DNA of 63,389 bases from assembly GCA_039184055.1 (NCBI GenBank), contig JBCDBH010000001.1, forward strand, positions 1-63,389, read 5' to 3'. Shown in pieces: positions 44,040-51,740 of this stretch. The first letter of the stretch is position 1, and each line of letters begins with the position of its first letter. The notes under the pieces were generated by a model. That model saw only the letters and a list, made by a program, of their open reading frames with translations. It had not been told where the DNA came from and did no database searches. The translations under genes and the position numbers were made by a program. This DNA comes from Acidobacteriota bacterium. GTDB lineage: Bacteria; Acidobacteriota; Thermoanaerobaculia; Multivoradales; J023.

Positions 44040-45938
44040 ATGACGTCTCGGTACCAGGAGGTCTACGCGAGCTGGCAGGCCGACAGAGAGAGGTTCTGGC
44101 TCGACGCCGCCCAGGCGATCGATTGGATCGAGCCGCCCACCCGTGTCTTCGACGCCGAATCGGGGCCCTACGGCCGGTGGTTTCCAGACGCGGTCTGTAA
44201 CACTTGCTACAACGCGGTCGATCGTCATGTCGACGGTGGCCGTGCCGATCAGGTCGCGGTCATCCACGACAGCCCGGTCACCGGCAGCGTCCGCACCTGG
44301 ACCTACGCCGAGCTCAAAAACGAGGTCAGCGCCCTCGCCGCCGTGCTGCAGGATCTCGGGGTGGTCAAGGGCGATCGGGTCATCGTCTATATGCCGATGG
44401 TTCCCGAAGCGCTCGCCGCCATGCTCGCCTGCGCGCGGATCGGCGCCATCCACTCGGTGGTCTTTGGGGGCTTCGCCGCCAACGAGCTCGCCACCCGGAT
44501 CGACGACGCCACGCCCAAAGTCGTCATCGCCGCCTCCTGTGGCATCGAGCCCTCGCGCATCGTTCCTTACAAGCCCCTGCTCGACGAGGCGATCCAGCTC
44601 GCGACTCACGAGCCGTCGGCCTGTATCGTGCTCGAACGACCCGAGCACGCATACGATCTGACCCCCGGGCGTGATCACGACTACGCCACCGTCGTCGACG
44701 CGACCCGGGGTCGAGAGGTCCCGTGTGTTCCGGTCACCGCAACCGACCCGCTCTACATCCTCTACACCTCGGGCACCACCGGGCAGCCCAAAGGCGTGGT
44801 GCGTGACAACGGCGGTCATATGGTCGCCCTGGCCTGGTCCATGTCGGCGATCTACGGCGTCGAGCCGGGCGAGGTCTATTGGGCGGCATCCGACGTCGGC
44901 TGGGTCGTCGGTCATTCCTACATCTGTTACGGCCCCTTGCTCCACGGCGCCACCACCATCGTCTTCGAAGGCAAACCGGTCGGCACCCCGGACGCCGGCA
45001 CGTTCTGGCGCGTCATCCACCAGCATCGCGTCGTCACGCTCTTTACCGCGCCCACAGCGTTTCGCGCCATCCGCGCCGCCGATCCCGACGCCGCGCTCCT
45101 CGAGCCCTACGACCTCTCCCACTTCCGCGCGCTCTTCCTCGCCGGAGAACGCGCCGATCCCGAAACCATCCGCTGGGCCGAGTCGACCCTCGGCGTGCCG
45201 GTGATCGACCATTGGTGGCAGACCGAAACCGGCTGGACCATCGCCGGCAATCCTCTCGGGCTCGGCCTCCTGCCCGTCAAGCTCGGCTCCGCCGCCGTGC
45301 CCATGCCCGGCTACGACGTCCAGATCCTCGGTGATGACGGTCACCCAGTCACAACAGGGGAAATGGGCAACGTCTGCGTGCGTCTGCCTTTGCCACCATC
45401 TTGTCTGCCGACCTTGTGGAACGCCGACGAGCGATTTCGCGACAGCTACCTGCACCACTTTCCCGGCTACTACGAAACCGCCGACGCCGGCTACATCGAT
45501 CAAGACGGCTACCTCTTCATCATGGCGCGCACCGACGACATCATCAATTGCGCCGGTCACCGTCTCTCCACCGGCGCCATGGAAGAAATCGTCGCCGAAC
45601 ATCCCGAAGTCGCCGAATGCGCCGTCCTCGGCGTCCACGACGACATGAAAGGCCAAATTCCCGCCGGCTTCATCGTCTTCGCCCAAGGGGCCGAAAGCCA
45701 CATCGACGAGCTCGAGCAAGCCCTCATCGCCATGGTGCGTCAACGCATCGGCCCCGTCGCCGCCTTCAAAACCGTCGTGCCCGTCAAGCGTCTACCCAAA
45801 ACCCGCTCCGGCAAAATCCTCCGTCGCACCATGCAAAAAATCGCCGACGGCCAGCCCTACAACATGCCCGCCACCATCGACGACCCGGCCATCCTCGACG
45901 AGATCACCGAGGCGATGAAAGCACGTGGGATGTTGTGA
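44040..45938 (+). CDS. prpE: Acyl-CoA synthetase, propionate--CoA ligase-like
   Basis: AMP-binding motifs YTSGTTGQPKGV, ETADAGYIDQDGYLFIMARTDDIINCAGHRL and LPKTRSGKILRR. The N-terminus YQEVYASWQADRERFWLDAAQAIDW resembles PrpE more than Acs. Substrate assignment is an inference. Confidence 0.7.
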   Translation: MTSRYQEVYASWQADRERFWLDAAQAIDWIEPPTRVFDAESGPYGRWFPDAVCNTCYNAVDRHVDGGRADQVAVIHDSPVTGSVRTWTYAELKNEVSALAAVLQDLGVVKGDRVIVYMPMVPEALAAMLACARIGAIHSVVFGGFAANELATRIDDATPKVVIAASCGIEPSRIVPYKPLLDEAIQLATHEPSACIVLERPEHAYDLTPGRDHDYATVVDATRGREVPCVPVTATDPLYILYTSGTTGQPKGVVRDNGGHMVALAWSMSAIYGVEPGEVYWAASDVGWVVGHSYICYGPLLHGATTIVFEGKPVGTPDAGTFWRVIHQHRVVTLFTAPTAFRAIRAADPDAALLEPYDLSHFRALFLAGERADPETIRWAESTLGVPVIDHWWQTETGWTIAGNPLGLGLLPVKLGSAAVPMPGYDVQILGDDGHPVTTGEMGNVCVRLPLPPSCLPTLWNADERFRDSYLHHFPGYYETADAGYIDQDGYLFIMARTDDIINCAGHRLSTGAMEEIVAEHPEVAECAVLGVHDDMKGQIPAGFIVFAQGAESHIDELEQALIAMVRQRIGPVAAFKTVVPVKRLPKTRSGKILRRTMQKIADGQPYNMPATIDDPAILDEITEAMKARGML

Positions 45939-45987
45939 AGAATTGTTCCGGTATGCTTGTTTACAGAATGAAGCGTGCGGAGGCGTG

Positions 45988-46317
45988 ATGACAGATCTCG
46001 AACGTGCACAAATTGCTTTGAGTAGTCTGAGCCGAGCCGACAAGGCTCGCCTGCTCGAGTGGATCTTGCACGACCTGGGCGGCGTTTCTCCTGGTATCGA
46101 GATCACGCCCGATGTCGTCGGTGGTGCCGCCCGAATCGTCCGCACGAGAATTCCCGTCTGGACTCTTGTTCATGCACGTCAGCTCGGTGCGAGCGACGTA
46201 GAGATTCTTCGCATGTTCCCGCGTCTGCGCGCGGAAGACTTGGTTCAGGCTTGGGCCTATTATCGATCTCATCGCGACGAAATCGATCAGCAAATTGAAG
46301 CCAACGAAGCGGCCTGA
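45988..46317 (+). CDS. DUF433 domain protein (putative antitoxin)
   Basis: GGAARIVRTRIPVWTLVHARQLGASDVEILRMFPRLRAEDLVQAWAYY matches the DUF433 homeodomain-like pattern. It sits immediately upstream of a DUF5615 gene. Confidence 0.8.
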   Translation: MTDLERAQIALSSLSRADKARLLEWILHDLGGVSPGIEITPDVVGGAARIVRTRIPVWTLVHARQLGASDVEILRMFPRLRAEDLVQAWAYYRSHRDEIDQQIEANEAA

Positions 46318-46326
46318 CCATTAGGC

Positions 46327-46665
46327 ATGGCTTCATTTCTCGCGGATGAGAACTTCCCCTATCCGGTCGTAGAGGAACTACGTCGTCTGGGCCATGACGT
46401 TCAGACTCTCGCCGAGCTGGGTAAGGCTGATCTCGGAGTCGATGACGCCACTGTACTTTCGCTGGCGCATGAACAAAAGCGTGCCGTGCTGACCCTGAAT
46501 CGTAAGGACTTTCTTCGTTTGCATCGTACGAGCCAGGTTCACAGTGGGCTCGTCGTTTGTTCGCTCGATATTGATTTTGTCGGTCAGGCTGGCCGTATTT
46601 CAGAAGCCGTCAGTCCGCACGTTCAAGATGCTGGCTGGTTGTTGCGGATTAGGCGACCAGGCTGA
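46327..46665 (+). CDS. DUF5615 (PIN-like/Mut7-C-like) protein (putative toxin)
   Basis: The N-terminus MASFLADENFPYPVVEELRRLGHDV...LTLNRKDF is the characteristic DUF5615 pattern. There is a 9-nt gap after the DUF433 gene. Confidence 0.8.
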   Translation: MASFLADENFPYPVVEELRRLGHDVQTLAELGKADLGVDDATVLSLAHEQKRAVLTLNRKDFLRLHRTSQVHSGLVVCSLDIDFVGQAGRISEAVSPHVQDAGWLLRIRRPG

Positions 46666-46690
46666 AGGACCGCGCTCCGAGCGACCAGCT

Positions 46691-47269
46691 TCAGCCCTTG
46701 CGAAGCTGCTTGATGCGTAGCCGGTTCGCCGAGTCGACGATCAGCGTTGCCAGCCGCCGTTCCCGAGTTTCCTCACGTTTCGCGCTGGTCACCCAACGTG
46801 CCGATTGTCTGCGGTAGCCGGGTGGTTGCTCCTGGTAGAACGCCCACGCGCTCGCGTTCTTTTTGAATCGGGTGATCATCTGGTCCGGCAACGTCGCGTC
46901 GTTGGCCGTCGCGTAGCCGCTATCGGGGTGCACATCCTTGAAGGCGAAAGCGGCGAGCCCTTCTGCTTTCATGCGATCTTCCGCGATGAGTCGTTCGACG
47001 ATATCGATATTTCGTTGGCTCCAGACGCTCTTCGGTTTTCGAGGCGTGAAGCGAATCACGTAGCTCTCGGCGTCTCGAGACTTCCGGATGCCGTCGATCC
47101 AGCCGTAGCAAAGCGCTTCCTCGACCGTCTCTTCCCACGTCACGGAGGGCTTCTTGGTCGCCTTTTTGTAGTAGCCCACCCAGAGGTGGTCGGCCGTCGC
47201 GTGGTGTTCGTCGAGCCACGCTCGAAAGTCGGTGGGTGTCGGGAAGAACGTCGGGTCGGGCTCGGACAT
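46691..47269 (-). CDS. YdeI/OmpD-associated family protein
   Basis: Start moved to ATG 47269 (MSEPDPTFFPTPTDFRAWLDEHH...LWVGYYKKATKKPSVTWEETVEEALCYGWIDGIRKS). The upstream 100 codons of the ORF are Arg/Ser-rich with no family signal. Confidence 0.75.
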   Translation of the reverse strand: MSEPDPTFFPTPTDFRAWLDEHHATADHLWVGYYKKATKKPSVTWEETVEEALCYGWIDGIRKSRDAESYVIRFTPRKPKSVWSQRNIDIVERLIAEDRMKAEGLAAFAFKDVHPDSGYATANDATLPDQMITRFKKNASAWAFYQEQPPGYRRQSARWVTSAKREETRERRLATLIVDSANRLRIKQLRKG

Positions 47270-47315
47270 GATCGGCAGTCTATAGAGAAGAAGGCGGCGC
47301 TCGAGAATGGTTCTC

Positions 47316-47975
47316 CTAATTCGAGGCGCCACCCGACTCGCTGATCGTGGCCGTGAACCGACTGACTCCGATTGCCGAGCCCGGGCCGATGAGGAAATCC
47401 ACTGGCGTACCGACTTCCACCGCAACGCTGACGGAGTATTCTTGCCCTCCGTCATCCGCCTCGGCTTCATAGACGCGATCGCCGCCAGCGACGACAAGAA
47501 ACTTGACGCTACCGCCCCAATTCTTGCCCCAGGGCATGGTCTTGCCAGCGTGTCCGCGGATGTCGATCCGGCCACTGACCGTACTCACCCAGCGGCGAAT
47601 CACCCACTGATCTGCCTTGTCATACCTGCCGAGATCCAGCGTGCCGTGAGGATGACCGCCTTCGGCCCAGAGCGAGGTGTAATACCGACCGTCTTCGAGA
47701 TACCAGAGCTCGCCAGTCGAGAACTCAGGATGCGTACTCAGGCGGTTGATTGCGTCACGGCCAAAATGACGAAATCGCTTGAAATCGCTCGCTTGGTCAT
47801 ACTCGCCATCAGCGTCCGCGCTTTCATCCCAATAACCATACAACCAGCCGTTTTGACCTTGTGTCCCGGAGAAGTCCTCGACTGAATCGGCAACGACGTC
47901 TGCGGAGATCGAGGGTGCTCCGATCATCACAACGATGAGGGCGGAGATCGCTACTCTAGTGAGCATTACTTTCAT
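47316..47975 (-). CDS. Secreted hypothetical protein
   Basis: Signal peptide MKVMLTRVAISALIVVMIGAPSISA. Trp/Gly/Asp-rich beta-type composition. No family recognised. Confidence 0.55.
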   Translation of the reverse strand: MKVMLTRVAISALIVVMIGAPSISADVVADSVEDFSGTQGQNGWLYGYWDESADADGEYDQASDFKRFRHFGRDAINRLSTHPEFSTGELWYLEDGRYYTSLWAEGGHPHGTLDLGRYDKADQWVIRRWVSTVSGRIDIRGHAGKTMPWGKNWGGSVKFLVVAGGDRVYEAEADDGGQEYSVSVAVEVGTPVDFLIGPGSAIGVSRFTATISESGGASN

Positions 47976-48019
47976 GCAAAGACTCCGGTACAAGACGCAG
48001 CCTGAAGGCCAAGATACCT

Positions 48020-48047
48020 GTCAGGAAGACCTAGCGGCCTTCCTGAC
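48020..48047. promoter_or_regulatory. Perfect 9-bp inverted repeat (10-bp spacer) in a divergent promoter region
   Basis: GTCAGGAAG (48020-48028) and CTTCCTGAC (48039-48047). Pairing can extend inward to about 14 bp with one mismatch and a tagc loop. It lies between the starts at 47975 (minus) and 48176 (plus). Confidence 0.55.
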
Positions 48048-48175
48048 GCAGTCTATCCTTGGTAGTTCTATGCTTTGTACTCCCTGAGGCTGCCGTAAAC
48101 GAGTGAGTCCTGGCTGTCGGGACTGAGCCACGCAATCGCTGTCTCACGGTCCGTCGCTGACATAAGCTAGATCGC

Positions 48176-48640
48176 ATGAAACACCTACTAGTGCTCGCGC
48201 TGCTGGTCTTTGTAGCGCCGATAACCATCGGGGAGGAGGATGCCGTGTCGCATTTCGCATCTGGATCGTTCGAGGTGAAGTTGAGTCCGCAACCGTTGCA
48301 TGACGCGCTGGAGGGGACGAAGCTTGGGCGGATGTCGATCGATAAGACGTTCGAAGGGGATCTGGAAGGGACGAGTAAGGGTGAGATGTTGATGGCAATG
48401 ACAGAGGTGGAGGGCTCGGCGGGGTATTCGGCGATCGAGGTGGTGACGGGCTCTCTGGAGGGACGCGCAGGTAGTTTTGTGTTGCATCACAAGGGCACGA
48501 TGAACCGGGGCGCGGCGGAGGCGGCGATTACGGTGGTGCCGGATTCGGGGACGGGGGAGCTCGAGGGGATTGCTGGCTCGATGCAGATCGAGATCAAGGA
48601 CGGCGGTCACTTCTATACGTTCGAATACCGTTTTGATTGA
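48176..48640 (+). CDS. DUF3224-like protein
   Basis: 154 aa with a signal-like N-terminus. GSFEVKLSPQP...GEMLMAMTEVEGSAGYSAIEVVTGSLEGRAGSFVLHHKGTM resembles DUF3224. This is a family call from memory. Confidence 0.55.
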   Translation: MKHLLVLALLVFVAPITIGEEDAVSHFASGSFEVKLSPQPLHDALEGTKLGRMSIDKTFEGDLEGTSKGEMLMAMTEVEGSAGYSAIEVVTGSLEGRAGSFVLHHKGTMNRGAAEAAITVVPDSGTGELEGIAGSMQIEIKDGGHFYTFEYRFD

Positions 48641-48642
48641 GT

Positions 48643-48666
48643 AGGTGGCCACGGGTGTGGCCACCT
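48643..48666. terminator. 10-bp perfect-stem hairpin between convergent genes
   Basis: AGGTGGCCAC-gggt-GTGGCCACCT, 3 nt after the stop at 48640 and 14 nt before the minus-strand stop at 48680. There is no U-run. Confidence 0.5.
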
Positions 48667-48679
48667 CGACTGACGAGTC

Positions 48680-49258
48680 TCAACGATCGCGTTTGCAGTC
48701 GATGGTCATGGTGTTTTCGCGCCAGGTTTCGCCACCGTCGAGTGAGCTGTTCTGGCGCCAGTGGAAGCTGTCGGCCTTGATGTCGAGAAATTCGTATCGC
48801 AGGTCGACGTCGACGACGTTGCCTTCGGGATCGCGGGTTTGGATTTCGGTTTCGAGCAGCATGCCGGTTGGGGTCTTTTTGCCGATGAGGGGTTTGGACC
48901 AGTAGCCGTTTTTGGGGTCGACCCAGTAGCCGTGCCAGGTTTGGTGCCGCGGGTTGTAGACGCGAATGGTGGTGGCGAGGTAGCCGGGGGAGAAGACGCC
49001 TCGGAAGTTGTCGATCACGGCCCAGCCGTCGAGCGCCCACTGAGCGGTCCAGGTGCCTTTGCCCTTCTGCGGGGTTTTCCAATCGGCGCCGAGGTATTCG
49101 ACGTCGCATTGCCAGCTACCGATGAGAAAGGCGAATTGCTGGAGCTCGTCGGGGGCGTCGGGATGGGGGGCATCGACGAATCCTCTTTGGTCCGCAACTA
49201 GGGTGAACGGGGCGGCAAGTATGAGCAGGATGAGTAGACTCAGGGTCGAACGGCGCAT
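48680..49258 (-). CDS. Secreted hypothetical protein (DUF1579-like)
   Basis: Start moved to ATG 49258, giving signal peptide MRRSTLSLLILLILAAPFTLVA. GSWQCDVEY...GKGTWTAQWALDGWAVIDNF is reminiscent of DUF1579. Confidence 0.55.
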   Translation of the reverse strand: MRRSTLSLLILLILAAPFTLVADQRGFVDAPHPDAPDELQQFAFLIGSWQCDVEYLGADWKTPQKGKGTWTAQWALDGWAVIDNFRGVFSPGYLATTIRVYNPRHQTWHGYWVDPKNGYWSKPLIGKKTPTGMLLETEIQTRDPEGNVVDVDLRYEFLDIKADSFHWRQNSSLDGGETWRENTMTIDCKRDR

Positions 49259-49412
49259 GGTGTCTCCTTGTTGTTTGCGCGGCTTCGCTGTCGGGGCGTT
49301 CACTGTCGCTTTCTTCACGACCCGTTGAGCGTGTCGTTTAGGACATATCCGAGTCCTGAGCACGCGATGAGCATTGGGTGAACTCCGCGCCACACCTTGC
49401 GTATCTCCGCTG

Positions 49413-50771
49413 ATGACGTCTTCTCCACACACCTACCGCTTCGCCGACTGGCATGCCGAGCCGCAGCTGAATCTGCTTCGTCGAGGTGACGAGACGGTGC
49501 GGCTCAAGCCACGAACGATGGATGGCCTGGCGTATCTGCTCGAGCATCCCGGACGGGTGGTGAGCAAGGACGAGCTCCTCCGCGAGGTGTGGCGAGGTCA
49601 GGCGGTGACCGACGATGCGCTGGTGGTGACGATCTATGAGCTGCGCAAGTCGCTCGGAGATCGGGCACGTCAGCCGACGTATATCGAGACGGTGTCGGGG
49701 CGGGGCTATCGCTTTTTGCCGACGGTGACTCTCGTCGAGTCGCGGGAGGCTGTGGAGTCCGAACCGGTACGTGAAACGCCGCCGCCGTTACGTCGCTGGC
49801 GTTGGGCGTGGGCGGCGTGCGCGGTCGTGATCTTGTCGGTGGTCGCGCTCGGTGTGCTTCAAGCTCGGCCAGCGACCGACGATCCCGAGATGCTTACCGC
49901 CCTGGAGACGGCGCGGGGCGAGCTCGCGCTCCGTACCGCCGCGAGCCTGACTCGGGCCGAGCTGGCCTATCGACATCTCGGTGACGATCCTCGTGCGCTC
50001 GCGGGTTTGGCGCGGGTGGCGACGCTGCGTGCCGATCTTCGTCTCGGAGATCGTTTCGCTCTCTACCATCAGGCGCGTGGTCTCGCCGAGCGGGCGCTAG
50101 CCATCGATCCAACGGTCGTCGACGCACATCTCGCGCTCGGTGCGATCCATCTGCTGATCGATTGGGACGTCGAGGCGGCGCGGCTCAGTCTCGATCGAGC
50201 GCTGGCGTTGGCGCCCGACGATCCGGACGTCTTGCAGGTCCAGGCGTGGCAATTGTCGGCCCTGGGCCGCCACGACGCCGCGATCGACGCCGCGCGTCGG
50301 GCCGTGGAAGGCGCGTCGTCGAGCATTACCCATCGCGCCGACCTGGCTTTCTTGCAGATCGTCGCCGACCGTCCCGACAAGGCGCTCGAGACGATTGCCG
50401 CGACCTCGCTCGACGACCCTGAACTGACTCGGCTCGCCGCCATTGCCCACCTGGCACAGGGCGACGAGGCGAGTGCCGGCGAGCTGCTGCATCGTTGGGC
50501 TGGCTCGCCCGCGAGTCTCCCGGCTGACTATTGGGCCATCATCGGCGCGGTCGCCGAGCGTCTCGCCGACGATCACGCGCTGGTGATGCGCGCCGCGCTC
50601 CATGCACGAGAGGGCGAGCTCGACACGGCGATGCGTTTGCTCGAACGGGCCTACGAGCGTCGCGACTGGGAAATCCTCTGGCTCGAACGACTCCCAGGCT
50701 TCGCGCCGCTGCACGCTCACGAAGGCTTCGCGGCGCTGATCGAACGGCGACGCCAGGTGCAACTCTCCTGA
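49413..50771 (+). CDS. CadC/ToxR-like membrane-bound winged-helix (OmpR/PhoB-type) regulator with TPR-like C-terminal domain
   Basis: Trans_reg_C motif VRLKPRTMDGLAYLLEHPGRVVSKDELLREVWRGQAVTDDALVVTIYELRKSLGD...SGRGYRF. One TM (WAWAACAVVILSVVALGVL). Helical-repeat C-terminus. Confidence 0.8.
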   Translation: MTSSPHTYRFADWHAEPQLNLLRRGDETVRLKPRTMDGLAYLLEHPGRVVSKDELLREVWRGQAVTDDALVVTIYELRKSLGDRARQPTYIETVSGRGYRFLPTVTLVESREAVESEPVRETPPPLRRWRWAWAACAVVILSVVALGVLQARPATDDPEMLTALETARGELALRTAASLTRAELAYRHLGDDPRALAGLARVATLRADLRLGDRFALYHQARGLAERALAIDPTVVDAHLALGAIHLLIDWDVEAARLSLDRALALAPDDPDVLQVQAWQLSALGRHDAAIDAARRAVEGASSSITHRADLAFLQIVADRPDKALETIAATSLDDPELTRLAAIAHLAQGDEASAGELLHRWAGSPASLPADYWAIIGAVAERLADDHALVMRAALHAREGELDTAMRLLERAYERRDWEILWLERLPGFAPLHAHEGFAALIERRRQVQLS

Positions 50772-51691
50772 TGCGAGCTCTCGCCTTTCTCACAATGGCC
50801 GATCTCATCGGCGCGGGGTTCGAGACCGATGAGGAGCTGTTGATCGAGCCGCTGGCCGCGCTCGGCTGGCGGGTGTCGTGGGAGGTGTGGAACGACCCGG
50901 AGGTTGACTGGCGACGTTACGACGCGGTGATCATCCGCACGCCGTGGGATTACTACCAAGACTCGGCTCGTTTTCTCGCCGCGCTCGAGACCATCGATGC
51001 GGCGACGCGGCTGGAGAACGGTATCGAGCTGGTGCGATGGAATCTCGACAAGCGCTATCTTCGCGAGCTCGAACGCCAAGGCGTGGCGATCGTGCCGACG
51101 GTGTGGCGTGACGGATTGAAGCCCGGTGAGCTCGCCGGACTGATCGCCGAGGTGCCCGCTCACGAGGTGGTGATCAAGCCGGTGGTTGGTGCGAGCGCCA
51201 GTGGTGCGTATCGTCTCGATGCTCACAAAGCGAAACAGCGCGCCGAGGAGGTCGAGACTTACTACGCGGGGCGACCGCTGCTCGCCCAGCCGTTGGTGCG
51301 ATCGGTGGTCGAAGAGGGGGAGTACTCCCTCTTTTTCTTCGACGGCGCGCTCAGCCACGCGATTCGCAAGGTGCCGGCGAAGGGCGATTTTCGGTCTCAG
51401 GAAGAGCACGGTGCCGATCTGATCCTGATCGAGGCCGATGATGCGCTAACGGCCACGGGCGATCGGATCATGCGGGTGCTCGACAAGCTACCGCTCGACA
51501 AGTTGTCGCACGACAAGTTGTCGCACGACAAACTGCCACTCTATGCCCGAGTCGACCTGGTGCGCGCCAACGACAGCGACGACTTCTGGCTCATGGAGCT
51601 CGAGCTCATCGAACCGGCGTTGTATTTTCGGATCGCACCCGGTTCGGCCGAGCGTTTCGCCATCGCCGCCGATCGTCGTTTGAAGGGTTGA
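50771..51691 (+). CDS. ATP-grasp fold enzyme (RimK/glutathione-synthetase-like)
   Basis: ATG 50771 overlaps the upstream TGA (TGATG). ATP-grasp blocks VVIKPVVGASASGAYRL, GEYSLFFFDG and ARVDLV...WLMELELIEPALYF. Confidence 0.75.
   Translation: MRALAFLTMADLIGAGFETDEELLIEPLAALGWRVSWEVWNDPEVDWRRYDAVIIRTPWDYYQDSARFLAALETIDAATRLENGIELVRWNLDKRYLRELERQGVAIVPTVWRDGLKPGELAGLIAEVPAHEVVIKPVVGASASGAYRLDAHKAKQRAEEVETYYAGRPLLAQPLVRSVVEEGEYSLFFFDGALSHAIRKVPAKGDFRSQEEHGADLILIEADDALTATGDRIMRVLDKLPLDKLSHDKLSHDKLPLYARVDLVRANDSDDFWLMELELIEPALYFRIAPGSAERFAIAADRRLKG
51482..51541. repeat. 15-bp x 4 in-frame tandem repeat inside the ATP-grasp gene
   Basis: gacaagctaccgctc / gacaagttgtcgcac / gacaagttgtcgcac / gacaaactgccactc, encoding DKLPL-DKLSH-DKLSH-DKLPL. 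Confidence 0.9.
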
Positions 51692-51740
51692 TCCGCATTC
51701 TTTATCTTCAATAGGTCTATCTTTGGGGTATCTTGGTCGT

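Noticed and set aside
42933-45743. A 936-aa minus-strand ORF, the longest ORF in this part of the window.
   Set aside because: It lies antisense to two genes with unambiguous family motifs, the E1 alpha-beta fusion and the PrpE-like ligase, and spans their intergenic gap. Its translation is Gly/Asp/Arg/His/Val-rich low complexity with no motif. This is a typical stop-free shadow frame of GC-rich coding DNA.
47270-47575. A 100-codon upstream extension of the YdeI-family ORF. Similar extensions precede ndh (26695-26772), the ATP-grasp gene (50531-50770), the SRPBCC gene (3680-3847) and the DUF1579-like gene (49259-49432).
   Set aside because: The extensions are Arg/Ser/Ala-rich with no homology signal. 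They overlap neighbouring genes or promoters, and internal ATGs coincide with the conserved family N-termini, signal peptides or ATGA-type coupling.
50771-51691. The ATP-grasp enzyme as a graspetide/microviridin-type RiPP ligase.
   Set aside because: No small precursor-peptide ORF, leader-like sequence, protease or exporter is adjacent. The sequence looks like the RimK/glutathione-synthetase-like group rather than graspetide ligases.
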